Shown here piece after piece: positions 1 to 12,294 of a DNA stretch of 64,000 nucleotides (within the stretch, counting starts at the first letter, position 1; each line of letters opens with the position of its first letter). Both the position numbers and the translations under genes were made by a program. The DNA comes from Laetmonice hystrix (taxonomy: Eukaryota): contig OZ249451.1 in the NCBI GenBank assembly GCA_965235115.1, positions 9,982,001 to 10,046,000 of the forward strand, in the 5' to 3' direction. The notes beneath the pieces were generated by a model that saw only the letters and a list, made by a program, of their open reading frames with translations, did no database searches and was not told where the DNA came from.

Positions 1-1090
1 TTCATTTTGTTGGCAATGCGATAGAGTATGTAGGCCTAGCTCCCCATGAAATAGGTTAAATACTGGATTAAAATTTGATCTGGATCTTGGAAATCTGAAG
101 AAGGTTCCGGCATTGCTGTGATTAGAAATCCCGCCTAAGTGTCTCACCGAATTACCAAATGCTGTTCCTCGCGCCATCCCAGAGCCCCATATCCTGATTC
201 CTAAAAAAGTTACGTTTACAAAATTAGTTTCCAAGTGTAGCAGTTTACCTTTACGTGGTAAAGTAAGAATGATAGAGGGGAACCCACCCTGCTTCCATGT
301 TAAAGGTTATAAAGCCGTCTATAGAACACTCCCTCGTAGATGTCGGTACAGATAGAATTTACATTTGAACGTGCTAAGCTTGGTTGAGTATGTGGATCGA
401 GATCTCCAAGGAGTAAGGCATGCCCCAGACGGGGTTGAACCGTCTGGCCCAACGTGAAGAATTGACGTCCTCTCGCTGCAGGACGCCAGGCTTCCTCGAA
501 CCGAAGGCAGCACATCCTGGGTTTAGCACGTTGTAAAGCAAGGTTCCAAACACTGACAAGACAGAAAGAACCTCAAGCTGTCCGCCCACAGTGACGTAAT
601 GGGACCGTTTCCCAAAAGGCAGATGTATTTTCTCTTTTCGTTTTTTTACTGGGACCTTCCAGTGAGGTACAGGAGAAAAAAGATGTTGAGTTTGGTGGAA
701 TCTGGTAGCAGAATCCCGAACAAGGAGGCGTTGGGCTGAGGATTGCCTATGCTGCAAGGAGGCCGGTTTTTTTTCTGCCCTTTGGGCTGAAGTGTCTGCC
801 GGCATGTGGTCTGTTCACATACAATCAACAAGGCCCAGGAAGGTCTGTATAACTGAATACCGCCCACTGGTGCCCTGGTGCAGGAGGTAGGCTGTTACTC
901 TTTTTATCCTGATGCTATAGGTTAAAATGGCCAAGGTGTAAGGCAGATCGATGGTCCCCCACACTACTTTATACATTAAATTGGGCGTTTAAAGGTATAT
1001 CGCCCAGAGAGATCCATTTTTCGGATCATTTCTCTGAAAGTAGTTCTGAGCTTGAATGGATTCATCTGAAGGATAAACAGTTTCTCTTAA
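1..1090 (-). mobile_element. Decayed DIRS-like retrotransposon RT/RNase H relic
   Basis: Minus-strand manual translation gives PFKLRTT...KMDLSGRY...PI, then LPYTLA...KRVTAYLLHQG in another frame. This resembles, in order, DIRS RT motifs FKMET / DLKDAY..PI / LPFGL..K.V.AYLR..G. Many stops and frameshifts; boundaries approximate. Confidence 0.4.
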
Positions 1091-1523
1091 TCGGTACTAA
1101 TTTATATCAGTCCGCAGACTTGCAAACCACAAGAGGCTCCTAACAATCACGGAGATATTCACCAGTGGATTTTTTACTTTCATGTTGTGGTTGTGATAGT
1201 AGTCCTGATTTGTCATCGTCTACTTGCTGACGCTCAATGACGATGTACGCTCAGATCAGCTTCCCTCCTACTTGATGATGAATCGACGGAGGGAGAGAGG
1301 GGAGAGTCCTTGTTCAGGGGAACAGATGAGTGTTTCTGTCACTTGTGTTTCTGTTTCTCTCTGTAATCGTATCCATCAGAGCCGTGTTAACGACGTATTT
1401 TTACCCCGCTTTGAATCATTATGTCCGTTAACAATGTATAGTCCTTGCTAACTCCTCTCGTTGATCAAAACAATGATTTTAACGTTTTAATCTAGATATG
1501 AGCGTCCGGATTAAGGAGGTATA

Positions 1524-1764
1524 CTGCCGTGCAATGACCAAAGGAAGCAAGTCCAACTTTCATTAAAATCGACTTGCATGTAAATTTGGATTCAGGGAAG
1601 TAAGTCCTATCTATCAATGGGTGTGTTTCTGCTAAACATCCTTCTATGAAGCTATCAGTCACATGACAGAAGGAAGCATGTCCATCCAACTGCACTGTAG
1701 AGACAACTTGTTTATGTCCATTTCTCGAAACTTGAACTTTTGGACTTGCTTCCTTTCACGGCAG
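1524..1764. mobile_element. TA-flanked MITE (Tc1/mariner-like), copy 1
   Basis: TA at 1522-1523 and 1765-1766. Ends CTGCCGTG...CACGGCAG; inner AAAGGAAGCAAGTCCAA pairs with TTGGACTTGCTTCCTTT. Second copy at 62969-63218. Confidence 0.85.
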
Positions 1765-2249
1765 TAGAGAGGGTGACTCTCAAAACGGGACCGGATATAT
1801 GTTGTGTTTCGTTATGCCATACAGACAGCTGTATGCAGGTCATTGCTTGGAATCTGTAAAAAGACTCGGCCGCCTGCAATACGGAAGATGTGTTTCCTGA
1901 AGCAGAAATCTTATAAAGGCCCTGATATGAACTGTCGCTGTTGGTCACGTAGATCTGTGCGCAGCAGCGAGCGGGGTCACTCCCTCAGGTCATGGGGTCA
2001 GTGTTGGTGGGGTCTGCCGTCTGTAGAGACAAAAAATTCTCTTCTCCTGTCTTACTGGTTGGCGTCAGATAGAGGAAAAAAGTATAATACCTGGCAGGAT
2101 AGATTCTGATCTAAAAGACTATATTTTGTATGGTCTCTTTTACATCAAGATTAAGTGGTTTCATATAACAAAGCATTACTCTCACATTACTTTGATTTAT
2201 ATCATGTGTTTTCTGTCAATGATATCAAGTGTTTTCTGATGTATTTATT

Positions 2250-2760
2250 CAGTTTTGGATTAGACGAGGCCAGTTTGGACAAGTCCCATCATTACTGTGT
2301 TCCTCGTTGATTGCAATGGGTTGATGCTGTGCCGCGTTTACCTAAACGATCTGTCCAGCTTTGCTATGTTAAGTCTTGGGATAAATTGTCTGTGTCGGTG
2401 TCGCTATCTGGTGCTAATATGAAAGCTGCACAAATGACCCACCTGCCAACTACATCTGGTGGAGTGCCCTGTGAGCTGCCAAAGTGTCGTCAATAACGGT
2501 TTAGATATTGCTCCCCTCAACACAGATGAGACTCTAAGAAACTGGATCGCCATGGCGTGTCATGAGATTTCTTAAAACATTAAAGATTAAAGTTAGTCAA
2601 GTTTACATTTCTGTATTGTATATAGGTCCGTTTTATCTTGGTCGTCATCTGAGTCATGAGGAGATGGTCTGCCTTATCTTGGCCAGTATGGATCAGGCAC
2701 GAGGCACTCCAAAGTCAAGCGATATCGTTCTTGCAGAACATGTTGGCACCTGGTGATAGC
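2250..2760 (-). mobile_element. Decayed LINE (CR1/L2-like) RT relic
   Basis: Minus-strand fragments GVPRA*SIL (cf. GVPQGSIL), VIDDT (cf. YxDD) and NLSQDLT*QSW (cf. LQxDL..L..W) occur in the expected order, broken by stops and frameshifts. Confidence 0.3.
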
Positions 2761-3647
2761 GGTCGACAGCAATGTTTATGATGTCGGGATAACGCCAAGC
2801 GTCCAAACGTCCCACAGTCGGGCCACGCTGATACCCCTCACCCTGTGTCATACTCTTCATCATTTTCAACTTCATGAATATGTATTCGAGTCAGATATCG
2901 GAGTATGATAGCATCATGATGGGGTGTCGGCACTGGGCCTTGTGGATCAACCGCCGGTGATGGTTCAACATCGGCATTCATCACAGAGCATTACTCTCCT
3001 TGTTAGACTGACCATTGGCCGAAATCGTGATGTGATCCGAGTTTTGGCCGTTTGGCCACTGGGCTTCCAATCTAAGCTGGTATCGCCGTGTTGGATAGCA
3101 GATGGGCTGAGTAGCGTGTTTTTCGTATCTTGTGTCTGTCAATCTCTGTGAATGAGAAACTGTGACCTCGACCAGGTCAGAAAACCTTTCCTCTTTTCAG
3201 GGCCAGTCCAGCGAGCCCACACTCCCATTAGTCTCTGCGGTGCGGATCGAGTATTTTCCAACTGGCCGGGATGTGGGCTAGACCATCTAAGGTGTGCTGC
3301 TGGTGGGTCTGCGATCATTTACTCGAGAATTTTTTAGCAAGTCAGCTGGGGAGGGCTTAGGTCCCCGCAAACTGGATCCGCCACTAATTAACGGATCAAC
3401 AGAGATGACTTAAGGTCACTGGGATTGATGGGCCTGACCATTGCTACCAGCAGCCAATGGACACTTCCTGTATTCTGGCCAATTGGAGAAGTTGTTTCTT
3501 CATGTATCTATACATACGTGCTGACCAATCCAGGCAAGGAATGCTTCCTCTATTCTGGCCAATCGGGAAATATGTTTCTTTTTGTACATGTGTGGAAATC
3601 TAGGCAAATGACTCCTGCATTTTGGCTAACCTAAACCTTTATGATGA

Positions 3648-3935
3648 CAATCAAAGCGGGTGGCTCTTCTTGTAAATATTGACCAATCAAAGCGGGTGGC
3701 TCTTCTTGCAAATACTGACCAATCAAAGCGGATGGCTCTTCTTGTAAATATGGGCCAATCAAAGCGGATGGCTCTTCTCGTAAATATGGGCCAATCAAAA
3801 CGGATGGCTCTTCTTGTAAATATGGGCCAATCAAAGCGGATGGCTCTTCTTGCAAATGTTGCTCAATCAAAGCAGATGCCTCTTCTTGTAAATATGGACC
3901 AATCAAAGCGGCTGGCTCTTCCTTTATTGTTGCCA
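3648..3935 (+). repeat. 36-bp minisatellite, about 8 units, one CCAAT box in most units
   Basis: Unit about CAATCAAAGCGGATGGCTCTTCTTGTAAATATGGGC, starting at 3648, 3684, 3720, 3756, 3792, 3828, 3864 and 3900 with no indels between these starts. Confidence 0.95.
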
Positions 3936-5149
3936 ATACAGGCAGATGAGAAATCCTCTCACCCGGCCAACCTTCTTCTTATTGGCCCAGGAGATGAGCT
4001 AGCGGTTGGGTGGATTGGGTGTGTAATACTTCATCAATGCATGACGTTTTAATTATTAATAATTTACTAATCGTTTTGTTAGCACTTCACCGGCAGGGGA
4101 GCGAACATGATGGCGTGGATGCTTGAACAAGCCGCCATAATGGGAACCATGCATGAGCTATGAGATTGTTGATGGAATGCAAGGCTCCTTCAAAGGTGAA
4201 TCATTTGGCTTTCATTGTGAGCGAACCCTTGTTTTCTACTTTCATTTCTCCCCAGCATTGAAGATCTGTCCTGTGAAGTGTTCACGAACCCCACGGCAAG
4301 GATCAGTGGAGACTTACCCGAGGCGACTACTGTTTAGCTTCCGTTTTAGAAGAGTCGTTGACACGAAACGTCAGAATGTTGAAGCTCTACAGCTGGCAGC
4401 TGTCTCCATAAAGCTTCCCCTCATAACTCTCTGTCTCTGCGCAGTCAGAAGTTAGCAACGATGGCCAGGGTGCCGTTTTACTCTGAATACCAGAGTACTT
4501 GCTTTAATTGATTTCAGTGCAAAAATTGTACAAATGAGCCTAAGGCCTGGTTTACAACGCCCGGATTATAAGCCTAATTCGTTTGGAGTCAGTTTCAACC
4601 AATTAAAGTTAACTGGCCGCAAAGCGTCTAATCGCTTGGAGGTAATTTGTGACCACAGTGGGCTGCTTCAGTGGGAGTGACGGACTACGCCTGAAGGCAG
4701 ACGGGAGATGGACCGTCCGGCGCCGGTCGTACGATCTCCTGATGGAAGCTGTACCCTCATCTCCTAGTGGTAAGAGTCCACGAAATTTGATGTGAATAAT
4801 TAACAGACCTTTACTATTGCTGGTCGTGAACAAGACAATAACGCCAATGCCGGTACCCAGACCTACCAAAGATAACCCTGTCGTAAGCCTTACCGTTAAG
4901 TCGAATCACTTCCTCCTGGGGGTTAGTCATGGAGGAGATAGCCAGTGGCGCACACCTTGAACTGGAGACCTCCAGTAAGCTGTTACCCGCATTTACTTAT
5001 GTAATTAAGATATATCTTATCTACCCATTCCACCCTTTCAGTTCTGTTTATATATTATTTTTGGTTATATTTTTTCTGTATAGAAAGGAGCGTTTGGTGT
5101 AGGAGTTGGACTTGAGCGAGTTTGGGGTAGATATACTGTGACAGGCATT

Positions 5150-5300
5150 GATTCATGTCGTCACGGTTGGGGAGGTAGAGTAAGAACGGATCCGACCAAA
5201 CGACAGCTGCGCCATCTGACGGAGATAGATCGATTCCATGCCGTCCCGCAGCAAACTAATTGATGGATTTCTATAGGACGGTATTATAAAACCACCTGTC
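5150..5300 (-). mobile_element. Decayed LINE RT fragment
   Basis: Minus-strand SYRNPSISLLRDGMESIYLRQM...QLSFGRIRSYST resembles NYRPISLL...KxxE...QxGFR...ST. Confidence 0.3.
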
Positions 5301-6189
5301 CAGGCTGAGTCCCGTGTGGGCGGGCAACGAAAGCTGGCGCTTGGGGAATGTGCGTTTAGTCATTCCAGCGGATATAATTTTAGAGAAGAAACTACGGAGA
5401 GGGAGAGAGAGAAAAAAGCCAGACATATCTCCTATACATGCTTGATGATGTTATTAAAATTCTATCGCGTGACAGAAATTGGAAGCATGGGGGGCAGAAT
5501 TATGAGAGAGGCACATGTCTTGGTTTGGATTGGGGTTGTGCCTGCCAGTGGCGTTTGATGGTCGCATTCTGTCCATTTGGAAATTTCACTACCTTGGGGG
5601 GGGGGGTTGTCAAATTTGTCCAATTTGGGCATGTCACTGCTCACTTAAAGCTCTTTGCATGGTTCCTGCTCCCACTGCTAGATATACACCGTCCGTCAAC
5701 TGTCAGGCGAGTATACGTTTCGAAATGTGGGAATAACAATTTGAATAGATATATCTAATGACGCATTAAGAAATATTATATTGAGTCTGTATAAATATAA
5801 TGATATGGCTAGTCCTAGATGTTAATGTCATTCTGCATTTCTATATTTGATTGTTCCGCAATCCTCGTCTGTGTCTCACTCTTTTTAATTTTGTTTTTGT
5901 GTAATGGAGATTGAGATGGGGGCATTCGCGAAAATTATTCATTAGTGGTGATTGATTCTTATGATGGCGACCTGGCTCTTTGATAGTGAACTTTAATTTC
6001 ACTTCATGAAAGATAACTCTACGAATTACGTTTAATTTCACACCACACTTGGAAGATTGAAACATAAGCATCTAAATCAATGTTGGTGCAGAAACTGGGT
6101 GTGATTAAAACCAATTCGCTTTGTCCTATATGGGCCACCGTACCTTTACTTACAGCTGAGAAAGCCCGCGAATGACGTTCAACATTTAA

Positions 6190-6761
6190 AGGGAAATGTG
6201 AGTGTTCGAATCGACCACTAGAATTTTCAAAATATTTTTATGGGGGATAGCCGTTGTCCGTAGGAGTACAAAGAAACAAAAAAAATCATATGTCACCGAA
6301 CTAGATTTTTTTATACAGGCCTCCGTAAAAAATGGGTCTTTACTATAGGTTTCAATGGGAAAAACAGGATTTTTCAGACATTTTGACTAATAGTTAAAAA
6401 ATGACCACCAATTTTCTCCTAAAACTCGGTGACAAGATAAAGTGGATCAGGACTAATAGTTTAAAACAAAAAAAATTGGGGGTCACCGAATCAAAAAAAA
6501 AGTTACAGCCTGCCAAACAGACAGTGCCTTGGTAAAACACGGGTCTTAACTATAGCATTCAATGGAGTAGACAGGTTCTGGCACACAGTTTGGTTCATGG
6601 TTTAAAAAATACTATTGATTTCCACATCAAACTAATTGACTACATAAATAAGCCAAACATTTTTCTGTTAAAGCTCACTACGCGGCGCTTTGAATACTCG
6701 CATTTCCCCCGTGGTACCAACGCGACTCACTAGGTGGCGCTTTGAACACTCACATTTCCCT
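6190..6761. mobile_element. TTAA-flanked MITE, Kolobok-like family C (572 bp)
   Basis: TTAA at 6186-6189 and 6762-6765. TIR AGGGAAATGTGAGTGTTC / GAACACTCACATTTCCCT. Internal degenerate direct duplication (gtcaccgaa...gggtctt.actatag...ttcaatgg twice). Confidence 0.9.
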
Positions 6762-9700
6762 TTAATATACCATGACCACCCACCACAAAGGATCTTATTT
6801 GCGTTTCTATTAAGAATTCCACGTCTTCGCCGTGACAAAATCATTCCAAAAATCAATAGCGATTCTTTTATGAGAATGAAAACACGCCACGGGGACTCTG
6901 TCCTTGTCGACGCTTAATGACGCTTATAGACCCACTGCGGGAATTATCAATATGTTTAATCAGTCGCTCATTAGACTCCTCAGTTAGGACATCGGAATCT
7001 CTGATTGTCTTCCAAAAAAACTTTTCTTTAAAAACCCACAAGGAGATTGGCTACGGTAGGTGCTGACTGTCTCCAGACAGGGCGAAATGTTTAATTAATA
7101 CGGTAGCATAATAATGCAATCGAAGAATGACATTTTTAGAGTTAGAACAATAGAATATCGACACGCATGCGTAGATCGAATGCATCAGTAATATACATTT
7201 GAAACTAGAAGGGTGAGTACCACAAGTATATATTAGTACACTTGGATTCATGGTTTTTGCATTCCTATTTCTCATCTGATTTCCATTAAGTCATGCCTTA
7301 CCTACTAATTTCAGTCATAGAATTTTGAAGCATCTTTAATTCTGTGATTTCTCTTATAAATTAACCTCTTAATTAACAACAGGCATGGTACACTTCGACT
7401 TAATTGTAAAGTATGTAAGAACCTGTAAGTCGGCATGCCTCCTGTGGCGGTGCTCTTAGCGCGAGTTGAGTTGATGGCTGTTTCTTCCCCATCGATGAGG
7501 ATCCATTGAGGAGAGATTGGTGTGGTGAGTACCTAAAGACGATATGTAGACCCCAGTTTCTACATCAGGCTCTTTAGATTTACGTCAGGGGACATGGATT
7601 TACCTTAACCTCGCCAATAAACCCATCAATGGCGAGCGTGTTTGAGGAGGGTGATCGCTAGGGGTGGTTGGTTCTAGCGCCTCGACCAAGGCTCCTTCTC
7701 ACATTGGCTCTATCATTAGGCCACATGGACTGCCCTAACCTCGTATTCATTTAGTGGGTATGCACCAAGATATCTGCAAGCCGTAATCGCAGCGGGCGTT
7801 GCGCCAAGGGAAAAATCAATAGAGAAAGCTTGCAAGTCGCAGTTTCCAAACATCCAGCAAAGGACAGCATCATTAACTTCTTGGGAAATTTGAGAAATGC
7901 GATATTCAATACTAGGTGTTATCAAACCTGTGCAGGAAGAGAGAGGTGCAACTTGAAAGGCGGTGGAGGTCTGCGATTTAATCAGTTGAGACGGGAGCTC
8001 TGCTGGGAAATGCCGGGTAAGACAAAACTGAAATTGGGATGAGATAAAAAAAAAGAGAGGGAGAAACAAGAAGAACGAGAGAAGAACGCGAGAGAAGAAA
8101 AAAATGTCCAGGAGGCTGTGAGACTGTGATTGAGTTTTAACAGCCGGCTGAAAGTTTCTAATTGAATCTTTCAGAAACGATTACAGAATACCAGTACGGT
8201 ACACGGAAGCAGATAAAATATGACCACCAGGTCGTAATTGGCTCTCTGATTTATACGGCAAGAAATCTATATTAAAACCTGTAAAACATTTGCTAAATCG
8301 ACAAGGCTAAAACTGCTATGTTTGGTCAAGTAAGGAAGCGGAAGGCCAGATAGGGTCTCAAGAGCGTATTGACATATTTAAAAAAAATATAATCAGCAAC
8401 TTATAATCATGTTGCAATAAATTAGTGATTGACTGTTAACTGTGCGTGCTCTGTGATGAAACATGGAAACTTGATCCGATGGCAATAATGACCCTAGGGT
8501 TGAATATCAAAGGTGGGTTATGAAATCCAATGTAATATTCTGTCTATTTGACTTGGCTCGGCTCTGAGAGTTGGGTGCATTCTCTCATCGTGGTGCACTC
8601 ATTGGGTCCTAAGGCAGGGGGTAGTTCAATATTCATCATACTTGACAAGAGGCCGGTCATGCAAAGTTTTCCCCGCTGTTGAAGGAAGAAGCGTTTCCGG
8701 TTACTTAGCGTCCCTCAGATCTGGCTATACCATGTTTTAAGGATATTATTTCTAGTGTGTGATTTTATCCAAGATGTGAAGTGCGAGTGAAAACGAATGG
8801 AGAACCCTGTGCCTAAGGAGATTTGGTGGAGAACCCGGGTGTCTATAAGGAAGGTCACTAACACAGCAAGCTTTAGCAAATGACCTGTCACTCCTTATAC
8901 CTTAGCTCGTGTCACCATTGACATCAAAGAGGGCAACGACATGGCAATCTAAGTCCAGCCTGCACTGTGCCTTTCATCCCGAAGCTCTTCATCCAGCAAA
9001 GCCCTTTACACCGGGAAGTCAGCAGTCAAACAGTTGTGGCGGCCCAGCGCAGGGGATGTGGGGCACCTTCCAACTCAATCCCTGTGAACCCAGGGTAGGC
9101 TAGGTCACCACAGCCTTGCTATCCTAATAACTTTGATCGATGCTCAAGAGATTCTTTCTTATACAAAGCTTATTGTATGAAACCTGTGACGCTGGAAAAG
9201 GATGTTCTTCCTAATATTATATGGAAGGTGAGAAATGGATTGGTGTGCAAGGGGTACATTGTTGCCTTGCCAGGTCTTATGATCTTGCTGTACTCTTGAC
9301 TCATGTCGACAAATCAAATTCAGCCAGAATCATCTTAATCTGACTTTCATGTTTTTAAAAGAGAAAAACGCTTGTAGGAGATGTGCTATGTTTTCTTTAT
9401 GTATCAGATTATAATAATATCCAAGCATTTAACCACAGTTATTGCATTTTAAAACTTATCGCGACAGGAGGTTGAAGACATGCGACATTTAAGTTTTAAT
9501 TTTAAACGAAATTGAAGCAATATGGTTTTATCATGGACCTGATTAGTTTCTCCTTATCGCCAAGGCTGAGAGTGGCACAATACAGCAATTTCGATTTATT
9601 TTGTTTAGAAACCACTCTAGAGTATGGACCAATATTATATTGTAGGATCGGTTAATAATGTTGCACAATTGAAACAAAGTGTAAGATTTAATTATTCAAT

Positions 9701-10799
9701 AATTAAATATTCGTCATTGTTCTCATGCCATCAGAAAATTTGACAAGCGGCAAAGTGACATTGACAAGAATTTAAACATTCTATAGGAGAAGATCCAGTA
9801 CATTTGTTGGTCGTTATGACTTGAAAATTGCATCAGGGTCCAGAGAACAAATGGACATCTGCTTTTCGACTATTGAATTTTTCTCTTTTTGTAAAAACGA
9901 AAGCTTTGTCATGCTATGAAACGTTAAGCGATGCTGCAGTTCACGACCATATCATATTTCCCAGTTGTAAGCACCAAAAAATGAATAATTTTGATATTCG
10001 CTATGAAACAAAAGCTTATGCGTTTAACCTTGTATCAGATGAGATGCCTTATCATTATGGTAACTGCAAAGTATTAATGACGAACGTACTAAATCCAGCA
10101 GTAATGATGCCGTATTCAAATATCAGATAAAAGGTCATATTTTCCTGGCAACACGCAGCTGTATTGGTTAATAGATCTAACAGTTATATTCCAGGTGACC
10201 ACATGTAAATTGTACTGAGCCCGATACTAGACTGGCTTTCCTTTGAAGTGGAGCCTGACTTGCTGAGGTTTCAAGGCCTTCTCCCTGATGTCTCTACCGG
10301 AGGATGTGGTGTGTTTGTATGTGGAGCGGGGGGGGGGGGGGTGGTCTCCCAGCATCACATTGTGCCTCAGGGGGTACCGCAGTGACAGTGCCGTAGTATC
10401 ACATCAGACACTTCAGATTTAATCAGCAGATCGATTTTCAGATCTGATTTCATTTTGAAGCCGCTGGGTGAAAGCATGTTGGTGTGAGATGAGGTTGTGG
10501 GAGGACGTGAGCTCAGACGGAGGGGACTCCTGGGTGGTCCCGGACACAGCGTATCCCTCCTTCTCCTCCTGTGGTGGTGATGTAGCAGGTCAAGGTCACT
10601 CCTGGACATTCAGCCCGCCCACAGCACCCTCCCCACCCTGTTTTGATCAAACAATGTCCCTGCAATACGTAATGTTCCCCTCAGGGCTTCTTTCCGTCTC
10701 ACTTTATAGTCTTGGGTTTCTTTGACTCTAAATTGATTATGTTTGGTTCAGGAGGTTTCGACAGTGGTTTGCAGCCTTGTTTAGGGCATGTGGTACCAC

Positions 10800-11400
10800 C
10801 ACAGCTGGAACTCGTACATCACGGGGCATCTGCCTTTCGCCACACAGGGAGATCATTAAAAATATGCTCTGTGGCTTCTCGCGTATGTACTGATTGCAAA
10901 GTTGTCTCATTTAAGGCCCAAATTGTCCCTTGAACTGTTATGAAAATGTACACTCTATTCACTTGTTTCTCCTGAACCCTATGGCTTCTTACAGCAGTTG
11001 CTGTCGTCTTCTCGTTAAAGAACGAAAAAGCATCATTGAAAAGCTTTATGTAGCATTCATTCTTCAAATCTCTTCATAAGCAGTTCCCTGGGCACTTTGC
11101 TCTGTTACAATACTTCATATACCTGTTCTGTGGCCATTTTCTGGATAGTTAGCCACTCATTACGTCGGTGTCGTACGGACATTGCAGAGAGGATAAATCT
11201 CATGACGCATTGGAGTCATGGAAACCTACTAGGAGGCTTGGATACGTTCTAAGACTCTTTACAAAAAGAAAGAATTTATTATTATTATAATCAGGTTGCC
11301 TAGGAAAGTTCCATCCAGTAGTTGTAATCAGAAATACTGTAACACTTTTTTTACTTACTCTATGCTTGTATCCACTCTTCAGCGCCACATAGTGGAAATA
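10800..11400 (-). mobile_element. Possible decayed L1/Tx1-like ORF2 C-terminal relic
   Basis: Minus-strand fragments VKKVLQYF, KMATEQVYEVL and EATEHIFND resemble Tx1-like C-terminal motifs; no continuous frame. Confidence 0.25.
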
Positions 11401-11847
11401 ATAGCTGATCGATAAGAAATTGAACCAGGCAAGTGCGATCAACAAATCCAATTGTTCCCTGGGCCAGTGTGTTCAAGTGGAATCTCTTGATGCCATGCTT
11501 GGTCAACAATAAAGAAGTGTTTGATGTTGTGCAAGCGAAGTGTTGGAGGGGACTGCGAACAGCTCCGATGTCAGGCCAACAGCGTACGACTAATATAAGT
11601 GCTCCTCATAGTGCATTTTTTTTAAAACAAGCCAAGAAAGCTTGTGCAAGTACTTTCCTGGCTTATTTCGGCTTGCCTGAACTTCTTTTAAAAATGAGTT
11701 AACTATTGGCGGAAATACCATGGGCAGTCGCCAGTCGGCAAGGTGTTGCATTGAAAGGCCAGGAAATTTAGACCAAAAATATTCAGAGAGAACCGTTTTC
11801 AGCCGAATTCAAAGTTCTTGGGGTCTCTGGTGTATCCATTCGCAGAT

Positions 11848-11899
11848 GTAAAAGTTAAAAGGTAAAAAGGTAAAAGTAAAAGTAAAAAGATAGGTAAAA
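11848..11899 (+). repeat. Degenerate (GTAAAA)n simple repeat
   Basis: gtaaaagttaaaaggtaaaaaggtaaaagtaaaagtaaaaagataggtaaaa. Confidence 0.7.
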
Positions 11900-12196
11900 T
11901 GACAAAAATTCAATGGAAATCTCTGTCTGGCCTTTTACGACACACTAGACTTGAGAGAGCGATATACCATTTCTAAATTTGGGTGATCAAACCTTTCGAA
12001 ACCCAATGACAACGTCCAAGTGGTCAACATTATTCGGAGGAGAAATGCATACTGAACCGGCATTTTACTGTCATTTATATTGAGTGACGCCTCAACTTTT
12101 TATCTTATATTTCATATTCGTCCACGTCAAAGTTATGGACTTATAGGTACGGGATCTATGCATCGCATTAACAAAGACGATTGCTCACGCCCCAAG

Positions 12197-12294
12197 GTGC
12201 AATTACATCCTGCTGCGTCTTCTCCCTCACTGTAAAGTCTACCATCCTTGGCTTCATACTCTCCATCGTCTGTGTCCTGCTGGTGGCCTGCTGA
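12197..12294 (+). CDS. Candidate exon encoding a hydrophobic (TM or GPI-signal-like) segment
   Basis: Possible acceptor ccaag at 12196. Frame reads GAITSCCVFSLTVKSTILGFILSIVCVLLVAC then TGA (12292-12294). A canonical-looking 60-nt intron follows at 12310-12369. No partner exons identified. Confidence 0.25.

Noticed and set aside
3345-3385. GGATCCGCCACT-type MITE end (similar relic at 63626-63680)
   Set aside because: No matching opposite terminus or TSD found.
4808-4880. Minus-strand hydrophobic stretch LSLVGLGTGIGVIVLFTT
   Set aside because: In-frame stop shortly upstream, no convincing acceptor, weak donor.
8906-8952. Possible terminal exon ARVTIDIKEGNDMAI*
   Set aside because: The acceptor is plausible but the frame is only 15 codons with no linkable upstream exon.
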